This document shows positions 9,418 through 20,570 of a stretch of DNA of 64,000 nt, one piece after another. The notes beneath the pieces are model-generated. The model was not told the DNA's origin. It saw only the letters and a list, made by a program, of their open reading frames with translations, and did not search any database. Position 1 is the first letter of the stretch. Each line of letters begins with the position of its first letter. A program made the translations under genes and the position numbers. The DNA is from Chloropicon primus (taxonomy: Eukaryota). Location of the stretch: NCBI GenBank assembly GCA_023205875.1, contig CP060757.1:1-64000 (forward strand), read 5' to 3'.

Positions 9418-11250
9418 ATGGCGCGTTTTGAGCCGAACAAGATCACCTTGGAGGGCATCAAGGGCCTGCAGCTGACGGTGAGGAACTGCGAGGGTTGCAC
9501 GGTGAACGGGCACCCCTTGCGAGACCTGCTATTCTTCAAGGAGGAGGAGGACAAGAGGGAGGAGCGGGAGGGGAACCTTGGCGGGGCGCAGGGGGACCAG
9601 AACCAGGACCCCGTCAAGGCGGAGCGACTGACCCAGCGGCGAGCGAGCGAGCTCCTGGACCAAACGGAGCTCGTCTTGGACCACGTGGGGAACCTGGACG
9701 ACGTGGCGATGAACATCTCTCACGCCGTGAACCAGACCATAGCGTCCAGCGGGCAGAAGGGTTTGGGAGACTTGTGGGAGGCCGCGGACCAGCTGAAGAG
9801 CATCTTGGCCGTGGCGGACCAGAACGTGGCCAAGCTCAGCAAGTGCCTGACACAGTCCTTGAAGCTGGACAACAACTTGGTCGTCGCCTCGCCGAGCCGC
9901 AAGGGGAGCGCCTTGGACTCGGGCGAAAGGCTGGAGAAGCCTCACCCCCTGAACATTGAGCACCACCGGTCAAGGGCGAGCAGCGGGAGCAGCAGCGCGC
10001 ACATGGAGAGACCAAGGCCGGTTGCGAACCCCCTGGAGAGCATCTTTCCCAAGAAGATTGTGGAGGCCTTGAGCTGCGACGTCGGGGACGACGTTGCGGA
10101 GCACCACCCCAGCGTCACTGTCCTGATGTCCGACATCGTGGGGTTCACGGCCTGGTGCTCGGAAGTCTCGCCTACCAAGGTCATCGAGTGCCTCTCGGCG
10201 TACTTCCAGGTGATTGACGACCTCGCGGAGATGTTTGGGGTCTACAAGGTCGAGACGGTGGGGGACGGGTACCAGGCGATTACGGGAGCTCCGGTGTACA
10301 CCGAGGACCACGCGGAGACCATGGCTCTCTTCGCTCTCAAGGTGATCGAGACTCTGCCGACCATGAGAAAGATTTTCAACCACGAGGACTTTGGTGTCAG
10401 GGTGGGGATCAACTCCGGGCCGATTGTGACGGGTGTCATCCGGGCGGACAGGATCAGGTGGCAGCTGTTTGGGGACACTGTGAACGTGGCGAGCAGGATG
10501 GAGAGCACGAGCGTTCCCGGGAGGATCCAGATCAGCAAGTCCACCCGGGACCTCCTCTTGTTCCGGGACGCTTTCGAGGTGGAGAGGAGGGGGCTCATCG
10601 ACATCAAGGGCAAGGGCCAGCAGGAGACCTTCTTCCTCAACTCGGCGAGGGAGACCGCCCTGTTCAGGGACAAGTCCACCAGGAAGAGTTACAGCCTTCT
10701 GTCCGAATTCATTGACCTCGATGGGAGCAAGGGTCTGAAGAATCTCAAGCTGGCCAAGGGCGACCAGGGCGGCGGCGACCATCCTGACCTGGAGGTGGGG
10801 AGCCCGACAAGCAGCGTCGACGCCGACAGGGAGGCCGTCGATGCGAGCAAGGACTCGGGCGAGCCTTTGAAGCAGCCAACGGTGCTCCTGGTGGACGACC
10901 TCTTGTCCATACTCTTGCAGTACACTCGGGTGTTGCAGAGAGAAGGAATTCGCGTGGTGACCGCCAAGAATGGGCTGGAGGGTCTGGAGCAGCTCAAGAC
11001 CCGCAAGTTCACTTGCTGCTTCTGCGACATCCACATGCCGAAGATGGACGGGATCGAGATGGTCAAGTTGTACAGGCAACACGAGGAGAGCACGAATCCC
11101 GACGGCCAGAGGCTGCCTCTGTTCGCTCTGACTGGAAATACGGACCTCGACAGGAACACCGCGATGTACCTGTCCAGCGGGTTTGACGAGGTCATCTCGA
11201 AAACGAACTACAAGGACGTCCTCCTGTCCTACGTGCAGAATTGCATATAA
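9418..11250 (+). CDS. Class III adenylate/guanylate cyclase with C-terminal response-regulator receiver domain
   Basis: Cyclase motifs MSDIVGFT, YKVETVGDGY, RVGINSG, LFGDTVNVASRMES and IKGKG. Receiver motifs LLVDD, CDIHMPKMDG, ALTG and ISK. No transmembrane segment is visible. Confidence 0.9.
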   Translation: MARFEPNKITLEGIKGLQLTVRNCEGCTVNGHPLRDLLFFKEEEDKREEREGNLGGAQGDQNQDPVKAERLTQRRASELLDQTELVLDHVGNLDDVAMNISHAVNQTIASSGQKGLGDLWEAADQLKSILAVADQNVAKLSKCLTQSLKLDNNLVVASPSRKGSALDSGERLEKPHPLNIEHHRSRASSGSSSAHMERPRPVANPLESIFPKKIVEALSCDVGDDVAEHHPSVTVLMSDIVGFTAWCSEVSPTKVIECLSAYFQVIDDLAEMFGVYKVETVGDGYQAITGAPVYTEDHAETMALFALKVIETLPTMRKIFNHEDFGVRVGINSGPIVTGVIRADRIRWQLFGDTVNVASRMESTSVPGRIQISKSTRDLLLFRDAFEVERRGLIDIKGKGQQETFFLNSARETALFRDKSTRKSYSLLSEFIDLDGSKGLKNLKLAKGDQGGGDHPDLEVGSPTSSVDADREAVDASKDSGEPLKQPTVLLVDDLLSILLQYTRVLQREGIRVVTAKNGLEGLEQLKTRKFTCCFCDIHMPKMDGIEMVKLYRQHEESTNPDGQRLPLFALTGNTDLDRNTAMYLSSGFDEVISKTNYKDVLLSYVQNCI

Positions 11251-11410
11251 TGGATGACGATTATGGAACGTAATAGGTGGTGTACATGCGACGGACAAGC
11301 GATCCTGTAGCATTTCCACTTTTTCTTTAGTTTCTCTTCTCTTCTCTTCTCTTCTCTTCTTCAAAACTTGCTTGCTGATGTCTCCTTCGCTGTTGCTGTT
11401 GCGGCTTGCT

Positions 11411-12289
11411 TCACCCCACCACGCCCTGCGCCTTTGCGTCCTTGTTGGTGACGTGCATGCCGAACAAGCTCTGTTTCATCTTCTTTACCTTGTCCGCCAT
11501 GGCCATGTACCCCGCAAGCAGGGCGTCGTAGTTCTTGCTCACTTGCTCGTGTTGGGAGAAGAGCTCGAACTCCACCTTGGAGTACGACCTGTGTGGACGA
11601 CAGGGACAAGCAAGGCAGAGACAGAGACAGAGGGAGAGAGTAAGTGAGTTAGCTAGAGAATGAATGAGGGTGTGCGTCGAGCGAGAACAATTGCAGTGGA
11701 CACCACCAATATCGGACTGATCAGCTCACCTGTAAAGGTCCAGACTGGAATTCAACCCACTCCCACTGGCTTGGCGGAGCTTGGCCTCCAGGTCCGATAT
11801 CGTCCTCTCCAGTGCCTCCTGCTGGGCCCTGAAGGTCTCCAACGCGATGTTGTGGTGGTCGTACCGGAGCGTGCTGACCTGGCTGCTGTCGAGCCCGAGG
11901 CCGTACAGCAGGCTTTGCTGCAGGTCCGACACGGACGTCGTCGACGCCTCGTCCAGGGCCAGCCTCAGCACCTCGTCCAGCTTGGCCCTGGCGCACGCGA
12001 GGTTGTGTTTCAGGACCTCCACCTCCGCCTCCTTCTCCATGGCGTTGAACCTGTTCGCCTGGTGCTCCAGCTCGAGGAAAGTGATGTACTCCTCGCACTC
12101 CATATGAAACTTTTTCGTGAGCGAGTACGGGGACGACTCTGCCGTATACAGCAACTTCTCGGGCGTGGTGGTCACGCTGGCGTTGTCCCTATTCCTTCCC
12201 CCGTCCCTTCCCCCCGTCCCGTCCCTCACCAGACTCCCCACAGGAGACTCCCTTCCCCCCCTCGCCTTCCTCCCTCCCCCCCTGTCCAT
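11411..12289 (-). CDS. Hypothetical coiled-coil protein; 2 exons
   Basis: Exons 12289-11730 and 11588-11411, intron 11729-11589 (GTGAG...CACAG). The spliced frame continues YRSYSKVEFELFSQHEQV...QGVVG*. Codon usage is coding-like and the sequence has heptad character. The start is uncertain. Confidence 0.65.
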
Positions 12290-12434
12290 CCCTTCCCCCC
12301 CTTCCCTCTCGTCCCCGTCCTCGGTTCCAAGCTCCCGCCTTGGCGTTGGCACTCTTGGCTCGCTTTTTTTGGCGGGAGTGAAATGGATAAAACAGCGAGA
12401 GTTCGTGGCGGGAGAGAGAGAGAGAGAGAGAGAG

Positions 12435-13547
12435 ATGATGGCGGTGGCGGGGACGAGGGCGAGGGGCTTGGCGAGGAGGCCGGGGACGAGGCCGGGGACG
12501 AGGCCGGGGCCTCGCCGGGGGAATGCCAACAACACGCGGAAGGACGGGAGGAAAGCGACGACAGCATTGGCGTGGGGACGAGGACGCTGCTGGAGGAAGG
12601 AGGCCAGGGGGAGGGGGAAGGAGGGGGTCGTGAGAGCAACGGCAGAGGCGGAGGCGGAGGTGTTTCACTACCTGGGCCAGGACTTCGTGCTGTGGGTGGT
12701 GGATGCGACGGGGTTGGTCGAGAGGGCCCGGAAGCTCCACAACACGACATCCACGGCGACGCAAGCCTTGGGTCGCGTTCTGATGGGGACTCTGCTCATC
12801 GGGGAGTCCAAGGAGACCTCGGACTCGGTGCAGATCACCTTCAAGGGCAACGGCCCCCTGGGTCAGATTATGGCGATCGCGGAGAAGGGGTTCGTCAAGG
12901 GGCGCCTGGACGTCCGCAGGGTCGAGGGGGACCTCACGGAGGGCGGGTCGCACTCGGTCGGGAAGGCTGTGGGGCGGCAGGGAGTGGTGACGGTGGTCAG
13001 GAAGAGCAAGGCGCTCCAGCAGTACACCGGGGAGCAGCAGATGGGGATCACCGAGCTGGTGAACGGCGAGGTCGCGGAGGACCTCACGAACTATTTGGCG
13101 GAGAGCGAGCAGATTAACTCCGCCATGGGCCTGGGTCTGGTGGTGTCGTCGGACCTCTCCGTCCGGAAGGCCGGGGGTTACTTGCTCCAAATGCTTCCCG
13201 GCGCCGCGGAGGAGACCCTGGACAAGCTGGAGGAGAACATCAAGGCCATGCCACCCGTGTCTGAGCTGATGAGCGACGGGAAGACGCAGGAGGACGTCGC
13301 GAGCCTCATCTCCCGCGACCTCGGCTTGGTCGACCTCGTGTTCCGCAAGGACCACTCGTACGGCCCGTGCAACACCGCGGACCTGAGGGAGAGAATGGTA
13401 AACACGCTCAAGCTTCTCTCGGTCACCGAGGTTCGTGACATTCTGCGGGAGCAGAACAAGGTGGAGATGTGCTGCGAGTTCTGCGCGGAGAGGATCCAGT
13501 TCTCCGAGGAGGACCTCGTCCACGAGGGCGTTCTCGGAGGGCGATAG
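12435..13547 (+). CDS. HSP33: Hsp33 redox-regulated chaperone, probably plastid-targeted
   Basis: ALGRVLMG, GNGPLG, GEVAEDLTNYLAESEQ, AGGYLLQMLPGA and C-terminal GPC...CEFC. Arg-rich transit-like N-terminus. Confidence 0.92.
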   Translation: MMAVAGTRARGLARRPGTRPGTRPGPRRGNANNTRKDGRKATTALAWGRGRCWRKEARGRGKEGVVRATAEAEAEVFHYLGQDFVLWVVDATGLVERARKLHNTTSTATQALGRVLMGTLLIGESKETSDSVQITFKGNGPLGQIMAIAEKGFVKGRLDVRRVEGDLTEGGSHSVGKAVGRQGVVTVVRKSKALQQYTGEQQMGITELVNGEVAEDLTNYLAESEQINSAMGLGLVVSSDLSVRKAGGYLLQMLPGAAEETLDKLEENIKAMPPVSELMSDGKTQEDVASLISRDLGLVDLVFRKDHSYGPCNTADLRERMVNTLKLLSVTEVRDILREQNKVEMCCEFCAERIQFSEEDLVHEGVLGGR

Positions 13548-14052
13548 CAATAGCTAACATTAACAGCAGCACATTTTGACGCACGTCTTCCCCGACTCGC
13601 TGCCGGCATGCCTTCGGGAGTCGAGCTTCTCCACGGAATTTCATCCCTCTCTCGCTCTCGCTCTCGCTCTCGCTCTCCTTGTGTGTGTGTGTGTGTGTTT
13701 GTTGTGTTTGTGTTTGTGTGCCTCCATGAATCATCAAATGCCAACGCAACACAAGTCGAGGCAAGAGTGCTCCATAGCCTCCAAGTGTATCTCCATTGTG
13801 TCCCTGTCACAGACCCTCCTTCTTGTACCCCTCCACCTCCTCCATCTCCTCCATCTCCTCTGTCCTGAAAAGCGCAGAGGGGAAGCCAGCGCCAGCGTCC
13901 GCCACGTTGGCAGAGAGCGGCGAGACGAGCCGGCCAACGAGGAGCGGAGGGGACACAACACAACATAACACAACACAAGGCGACGAGGAGGACGACGACG
14001 AGGAGGACGAGGACACGAGGAGGTTTAGGTTTAGGTTTGACGTCTGGGTAGA

Positions 14053-17000
14053 ATGGGGAGGGACCAGAGGTGGGAGTTTTGGGTGGACAGGGGCGGTACC
14101 TTTACTGACATTGTAGCCGTGGACGAACAAGGGGAGTTCGTTTCCCTCAAGTTGCTGAGCGAGAACCCCTCGTGTTACAAGGACGCGGCCGTGGCGGGCA
14201 TCAGGCGCATACTCGGCCTCGCGCCTGGGGAAGAGATCCCTCGCGAAGCCGTGCAGGCGGTGAAGATGGGAACCACCGTCGCGACGAACGCCTTGCTGGA
14301 GCGGAAGGGCGAGGACAAGACCCTGTTCGTGGTCACCCAGGGGTTCAGGGACGTGCTCAAGATCGGGTACCAGAACAGGCCCAAGATCTTCGCCAGGGAG
14401 ATCAAGCAGCAGGAGATGCTTTACAGCGAGTGCTACGAGTGTCGGGAGAGGTTCGACGTCCACGGGAAGGTTTTGGTCCACCTCGACGAGCAAAAGGTGC
14501 GTGAGGACCTGGGGAGGTACAGGGACAGGGGGTACACCTGCTGCGCCATTGCGCTCCTGCACGGGTACAAGTACACCAAGCATGAGGAGGCGGTGAGTGC
14601 GATCGCGGAAGAGCTCGGGTTCACCCAGGTGTCCGTCTCTCATAAGACGGTGCCTTTGGTGAAGCTGGTGGGGAGGGGGGACACCACCGTGGTGGACGCG
14701 TACCTGTCTCCCATACTGAGGAGGTACGTCGAGCAGGTCAAGGGGGAGCTCCCGGAGGGGTGCAACTTGCAGTTCATGCAGAGCAACGGCGGGTTGGCCT
14801 CGTCCACGCAGTTCCGCGGGAAGGATGCCATCCTCAGTGGGCCCGCCGGAGGAATCGTGGCCTGCGCCAAGACCGCCGTCGAGAACGGACACGACAAGAT
14901 TGTGACGTTTGACATGGGCGGGACCAGCACGGACGTCGCGCACTACGACAAGGCCAGGGGCTACGAGAGGACGTACGAGAGCAACGTGGCCGGGGTTCGG
15001 GTGAGGGCGCCGATGATGGACATCCACACCGTGGCCAGCGGAGGCGGGAGCGTGTGCTACTTTGACGGGAACAGGTTCAGGGTCGGACCGCACAGCGCGG
15101 GCGCGAACCCCGGGCCGTGCAGCTACAGGAAGGGCGGCCCGATCACCATCACGGATTGCAACGTGATGACGGGAAAGCTTCAGCCGAGTCACTTCCCGCA
15201 CGTCTTTGGCGAGAACCAGGACCTGCCGCTGGACAGGGAGGCCGTGGCGAGCAAGTTCGAGGCCATGGCCAAAAGCATCTCCGAAACGTCTGGCAAGGCC
15301 CTGTCCTCGGAAGCCGTCGCCGAAGGGTTTTTGAAGGTCGCGGTGGATCAGATGGCCAATGCGATCAAGAAGATCAGCATCCAGAGGGGCTACGACATCA
15401 CGGAGTACACCCTGCTTTGCTTTGGCGGGGCGGGGGGGCAGCACGCGTGCCTTGTGGCGGACGTCCTCGGGATCACCAAGGTTTACATTCACCCGCTCTC
15501 GGGCGTGCTTTCCGCGTACGGCATCGGTCTCGCGGACGTCATCTCCCTGAGGGAGAAGACAGTGGAGCAGAAGCTGCGATCGGAGAACTTTGCGGATGTT
15601 TTGGCCCACCTCGGGACCCTGGAAGAGGAAGCCAAGGCGGCCATTACCAAGCAGACGGCGGAGAGTGCGAACGGGGGCAGCACCAAGGGCAGCACCAAGG
15701 TCCAGGTGATAAAGAAGCTCCTGGTGAGGTACTCTGGAACGGACACCGCGCTGGCCCTGCATTATTCTGAGGGGATGGAGGCCGATGCCCTCGTGTCCAA
15801 CTTCCACGACCTGCACTACAAGCAGTTCGGCTTCGCCTTGGAGGACAGGGAAGTGATCGTGGAGACGGCGACCGTGGAAGCGGTGTTGAGCTCGGACATC
15901 AGGGCGAAGAGGTCGCAATCGAATGCTCCGGCGGGAGGGGGGCCTGCGAAACCCAGGGAGACGGTGAGAGTCTACTTCGCCGGGGGCTGGCACGACACTG
16001 GCATCTACGTCTTCGAGGACATCCCGATCGACACCGTGATCAAAGGCCCCGCCATCATTTGTGAGAAGGTGGGGACCACCATCGTGGAGCCGAACTGGAA
16101 CGCCCAGGTGCTGGACAGCGGGATCGAGATGACGAAGAGCAGCGAGGCTGGGGTGCCCTCCTTGCAGCTGCAGCACGAGGTTTGCGACCCAATCTTCTTG
16201 GAGATCTTCAACAACACCTTCATGAATATCGCGGAGCAGATGGGATTCGCCTTGCAGAACACGGCCTACTCGGTGAACATCAAGGAGCGACTCGATTTCT
16301 CTTGCGCGATCTTTGACCAGGACGGTGGCCTGGTGGCAAACGCGCCCCACATGCCGGTGCACCTGGGTTCCATGGGGGAGAGCGTGCGCATCGTCGTCGA
16401 GAGGAACAGGGGAAAGATTCGCCCGGGGGATGTTTACTTGCTCAACGACCCCTACAACGGCGGCACGCACCTACCGGACCTCACTGTGGTGACCCCAGTC
16501 TTCTCCGAAGGCTCTGGCGAGGCGGACACCGGCGAGATCATCTTCTACGTCGCCTCCAGGGGGCACCACTCGGACATTGGGGGCACGACCCCGGCCTCCA
16601 TGCCGGCCACTTCCACCTGCATCGAGGAGGAGGGCGTCCTGATCAACAACTTTCAGGTCGTCAAGGAAGGAAAGTTCATGGAGAAGGAGTTGAGGGACCT
16701 CCTGACCGCGGGTAAGTACCCCGCCAGGAATCCCGAAACGAACGAGGCGGACCTGAGGGCGCAGATCGCCGCGAACAACCTTGGCATCAGAGAGCTGAGG
16801 AAGATGGTGGGCCACTTTGGTCTGCCGACGGTCCAAGCGTACATGAAGCACGTCCAGGACAACGCGGAGGAGTGCGTTCGGAGGGCCATCGAGAGTCTCA
16901 AGTCTGGCAGCTTCACGTACGAGATGGACGACGGGAGCGTGGTCCAGGTGAAGACCTCCATCGACGCCGAGGCCAGGAGCGCAAAGCTGGATTTCACGGG

Positions 17001-17751
17001 CACGACGCCCCAGGTCCCCAACAACTTCAACGCCCCCACCCCCGTCTGCCGGGCTGCGGCGATGTACGTCTTCAGAACCCTCGTGGATGACGAGATTCCC
17101 ATGAACGAGGGCTGCATGAAAGCCATCGAGCTGGTCATTCCGCCAAGGACCATGCTGAGCCCGGAGTTCCCGGCGGCCGTGGTGGCAGGCAATGTGGAGA
17201 CGAGCCAGGTGGTGACGGACTGCATTTACGGCGCGCTCGGCGTGATGGCAGCGGCTCAGGGCACCATGAACAACCTCACTTTCGGAAACGACCGCCACCA
17301 GTACTACGAGACCATCTGCGGGGGCACCGGTGCGGGTCCGGGGTTCAACGGCGCGGACGCCGTGCACACCCACATGACCAACAGCAGGATGACCGACCCG
17401 GAGGCCCTGGAGATGAGGTACCCCGTCCGGGTGGACACCTTTGAGATCCGCCTGGGGAGCGGCGGGGCCGGAAAATGGACCGGTGGCTGCGGAGTGACGA
17501 GGGAGATCGTTTTCGGGGAGGAGATGAACCTCTCGATTTTGTCCAACCGCAGGAGGATCGCCCCTTACGGCATGCAAGGGGGCTCCGACGGGGAGAAGGG
17601 AAGGCACTGGGTCGTCAGGGGCAAGACGGGCGAGAAAGTCGAGATGGGCCCGTGCGACAAGGTGACCATATACGAGGGGGACAAGTTCGTCATGCACACC
17701 CCCTCGGGAGGAGGGTACGGAAAGCCCGAGACGACGACGACGTCCTCCTGA
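14053..17751 (+). CDS. 5-oxoprolinase (ATP-hydrolysing; fused hydantoinase A+B domains)
   Basis: [64 protein letters not shown] and YYETICGG. 1232 aa, intronless. Confidence 0.96.
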   Translation: MGRDQRWEFWVDRGGTFTDIVAVDEQGEFVSLKLLSENPSCYKDAAVAGIRRILGLAPGEEIPREAVQAVKMGTTVATNALLERKGEDKTLFVVTQGFRDVLKIGYQNRPKIFAREIKQQEMLYSECYECRERFDVHGKVLVHLDEQKVREDLGRYRDRGYTCCAIALLHGYKYTKHEEAVSAIAEELGFTQVSVSHKTVPLVKLVGRGDTTVVDAYLSPILRRYVEQVKGELPEGCNLQFMQSNGGLASSTQFRGKDAILSGPAGGIVACAKTAVENGHDKIVTFDMGGTSTDVAHYDKARGYERTYESNVAGVRVRAPMMDIHTVASGGGSVCYFDGNRFRVGPHSAGANPGPCSYRKGGPITITDCNVMTGKLQPSHFPHVFGENQDLPLDREAVASKFEAMAKSISETSGKALSSEAVAEGFLKVAVDQMANAIKKISIQRGYDITEYTLLCFGGAGGQHACLVADVLGITKVYIHPLSGVLSAYGIGLADVISLREKTVEQKLRSENFADVLAHLGTLEEEAKAAITKQTAESANGGSTKGSTKVQVIKKLLVRYSGTDTALALHYSEGMEADALVSNFHDLHYKQFGFALEDREVIVETATVEAVLSSDIRAKRSQSNAPAGGGPAKPRETVRVYFAGGWHDTGIYVFEDIPIDTVIKGPAIICEKVGTTIVEPNWNAQVLDSGIEMTKSSEAGVPSLQLQHEVCDPIFLEIFNNTFMNIAEQMGFALQNTAYSVNIKERLDFSCAIFDQDGGLVANAPHMPVHLGSMGESVRIVVERNRGKIRPGDVYLLNDPYNGGTHLPDLTVVTPVFSEGSGEADTGEIIFYVASRGHHSDIGGTTPASMPATSTCIEEEGVLINNFQVVKEGKFMEKELRDLLTAGKYPARNPETNEADLRAQIAANNLGIRELRKMVGHFGLPTVQAYMKHVQDNAEECVRRAIESLKSGSFTYEMDDGSVVQVKTSIDAEARSAKLDFTGTTPQVPNNFNAPTPVCRAAAMYVFRTLVDDEIPMNEGCMKAIELVIPPRTMLSPEFPAAVVAGNVETSQVVTDCIYGALGVMAAAQGTMNNLTFGNDRHQYYETICGGTGAGPGFNGADAVHTHMTNSRMTDPEALEMRYPVRVDTFEIRLGSGGAGKWTGGCGVTREIVFGEEMNLSILSNRRRIAPYGMQGGSDGEKGRHWVVRGKTGEKVEMGPCDKVTIYEGDKFVMHTPSGGGYGKPETTTTSS

Positions 17752-17901
17752 GTTTTATCTGAGTCGCCAGTGCTCATCACTTAAAGGAATTTACTGGCAA
17801 TATAATATTAGCGACGCACGCGATTGGTTGGTGGTTCGCGCGCCCCCCTCCCCCCCCTGGGTGGTGGTGGCTTTGATAAACACGACACGACCTCTCGGCG
17901 C

Positions 17902-18381
17902 TCACTTCCTTCTCTTGACCTTTCCCTTCTTGCCTCCCTTCTTGGGCGTGAGCATCCCCATCTCCCTGGCGAGCTCCTTGGCCTTCCTCTCCCTCTCTAT
18001 CTTCTTCTTCGCGATCCCCAAGCCTATCCTTGCGTTGATCCTGGGCGACTTTTCTGCCTTGGCGCCCAAGGTGGAGTACACCTGCTGCTTCCACTCCTTG
18101 GCCTCCTTCTTTCCGAACCCCCTGGCTCCGAGGTCCGCCACCTCCCTCCTCACGTCCCTCAACTCGATCACCTCCCTTCCCTTGTTGTTGTTGTTGTTGT
18201 TGTCCTGTTGTTGTTGTTGTGGGTGTCCGTGTCCTTGTTCCCTGTCCTTGTTCCCCCTCCCTTTGTACCTCCTGCTCCCCTTGTTGTACTTATTGCTCTC
18301 GTACCTGACCACCTTTCCATACTCTTGTGCAAAGTCCACCACCTCCACCTTGTCCTTCCCCTCCACACCCGCGAGGCCCAT
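17902..18381 (-). CDS. Basic nucleolar protein, probable Faf1/C1orf131 (DUF4602)-like SSU processome factor
   Basis: The 159-aa Lys-rich ORF contains EVADLGARGF...LGAKAEKSPRINARIGLGIAKKKIERERKAKELAREMG, which resembles the recalled DUF4602/Faf1 core. Confidence 0.6.
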   Translation of the reverse strand: MGLAGVEGKDKVEVVDFAQEYGKVVRYESNKYNKGSRRYKGRGNKDREQGHGHPQQQQQDNNNNNNKGREVIELRDVRREVADLGARGFGKKEAKEWKQQVYSTLGAKAEKSPRINARIGLGIAKKKIERERKAKELAREMGMLTPKKGGKKGKVKRRK

Positions 18382-18392
18382 CACAACACTTC

Positions 18393-18431
<39 letters not shown>

Positions 18432-18959
18432 GGAAGCAGACGAGCCCAATGAAGCCCAAGAATACCTCCCCCCGGTACCCCAGCCCCCTCCTCCCTCCTC
18501 GGTCCTCCTTGTCCTTGTCCTTGTCCTTGTCCAGATATTGTCCTGTGTGTTGTGTTTTGTGTCCGCCTATTGTGTGTATGTGTGTGTTGTCCTCCTGTTG
18601 TTGTTGTTGTTGTTGTTGTTGTTGGTTCCCCTCCTCCTCCTCCTCCTCCTCCCTGGCTTCTTCTTCTCTTCGGAGGGTTCCAGGGGGTAACGTGTTGGAG
18701 GGAACATCAACACAACCCGAGCCGCCAGAAGAACAACACACAACACACAACACAACCAGGAGGACAGGAGGACACCAGGAGGACACAACACACACACCTT
18801 ACCCTGGGCCTTGGAAGGGAACACAACACCACACAACACAACACCACACAACACAACACCACACAACACAACACACCGACCCCACGAGGAGGAAAGACAA
18901 GGACAAGGACAAGGACAAGGAGAACACCGTGCCCGTGCCGTGGTGAACATAAACATAAC

Positions 18960-18997
18960 ATGAACTACTACTCGGGACAACAAGTGGGGAACCAGCC

Positions 18998-19042
<45 letters not shown>

Positions 19043-19584
19043 GCAGTACATGTATCAGCAGTACGCGGCGTACCAGGCGCAGGCGCAGGCCGCACAACAC
19101 CAGGCCTCCCACTACACCACCAACCAGGAGAGGATAGACAGCGTCACCATGAACATAGAGGTCAGTGAGGGACGGAGGGAGGGAACAAAAGAACCAAACA
19201 CGGACACGGGGGCGCAAGGAGATCAGGAAGAACGAAACAAAACGGACTCACTGACGCGAGTTTTCTTTCTTGTTTGGACCTAAACTTGATGCTATCCTCC
19301 TGTAACGTTCTCGTCGTCGTTGTCGTTGCAGAATCCCAACGTTGTGGGGTCCGGTTTCATAAGGCATCCGCCTCAAAAGCGTTTTCAGGGGAAGATCATT
19401 CAGCAGCCTCTGACTTGCGCGGTAAGTCGACGTGATTTCACGCTGGAAGAGTTTAACTCCAACTGTGGACGACGACTGACCGCTCACTCGCTCTTTTGGT
19501 TTGCGTTTGCCCTCCTAACAGGCTGATTACGAGCAGTCGTTCGGGGGTGGAGGTGCCGCGAACAGTGGTGGTGGCTACCAACAA

Positions 19585-19619
<35 letters not shown>

Positions 19620-19995
19620 TCAACAGCAACAGCAGCAGTACCACCAGCAACAACAGGCCTACCAGCAGCAGCAGCAGTACCAGCAGCAGCAGCAGCAGCA
19701 ACAACAACAACAGTATCAGCAGCAGCAGCAGGCCCAGGCCAATCCAAACTTCAGGACGGTTCAAAGGTACAAGAGAGGGGGAGGCGCCCCTCCTCAGGCC
19801 CAGCGGCAAGTGCAGGCTCCTCAGCAGGTTGTAAGGGCGCCAGCACCAGCAGCCGCACACCCAGCCCGCCCGGTCGTCATGCAACAGCCCGTACAGGCGA
19901 GGAGCCCGGTGCCGGCTGCCGAGCCGGAAAAGCAAAAGCTCTCAAAGTCTCAGCTCAAGAGGATGAGGAAGAAGATGAGGGAAGGTAAAGTATAG
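18960..19995 (+). CDS. Gln/Tyr-rich low-complexity protein with basic C-terminus; 3 exons
   Basis: Exons 18960-19160, 19332-19421 and 19522-19995 are joined by phase-0 GT-AG introns with ACTGAC branch sites. The protein has polyQ tracts punctuated by Tyr and ends KLSKSQLKRMRKKMREGKV. Confidence 0.7.
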
Positions 19996-20202
19996 ATTTG
20001 CATGCGGATACATGGGAGCTAAATGTATGTAAAAAAAAGTTCCTTTTGCGCAAGCCTGACATCGCAGCAGCTTGGGTGGTCCGTTACCGGCGTTGATAGC
20101 AGACAGAAGAAGGGGAGAAGTCAAGCAGCCACACGACGGACGAGTAGCCGCACCGTTTTATCGCTCCTGCAATGATATCAGGTGGACTATTAGTGCCCAC
20201 CA

Positions 20203-20530
20203 TCACTCGCTATCACTATTACTGTCACTATCATCGCTATCATCGCTATCACTGTCACTGTATCCTTGATCCTGTTTGATCCACTCAGGGACGTCCCTTT
20301 CTAGACAAGTTTGCTTCGATGTATCGTAGCATGACCTTGGGAACCAAGGACAGGGCGGGTACCGACTGCGGAGCCACTGCAGAACCTCAAGGTGACCTCC
20401 TTGAGCTGCAAAAAACAAGTCTCCAAGGTCCCATCACAAGGTGGAGTTTGGCTTCGAGCCCAGCGCAGAATGTGGAGTTCACCCTGTTTAGCAGCACTGT
20501 TACAAGTCTCCTCGTCTCGTCCAGGGCGTT
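20203..20530 (-). pseudogene. 5'-truncated, frameshifted ankyrin-like repeat gene fragment (AAxxGHLxVLxWLR...CPW type)
   Basis: Two repeats, DEETCNSAAKQGELHILRWARSQTPPC and AAQGGHLEVLQWLRSRYPPCPW, are in different frames. A 1-nt shortfall in the T6 run near 20410-20415 joins them. No separate start or promoter space exists before the USB1 ATG. Confidence 0.7.
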
Positions 20531-20570
20531 GGCGTTTATTTATTATTTTTTTTGGCGCGAAGGACCCTTG

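Noticed and set aside
13807..16470. 887-aa antisense ORF, and similar long shadow ORFs (5529-7400, 21690-23678, 34303-36081, 45822-47816)
   Set aside because: These are antisense shadows of GC3-rich real genes, with no independent motifs.
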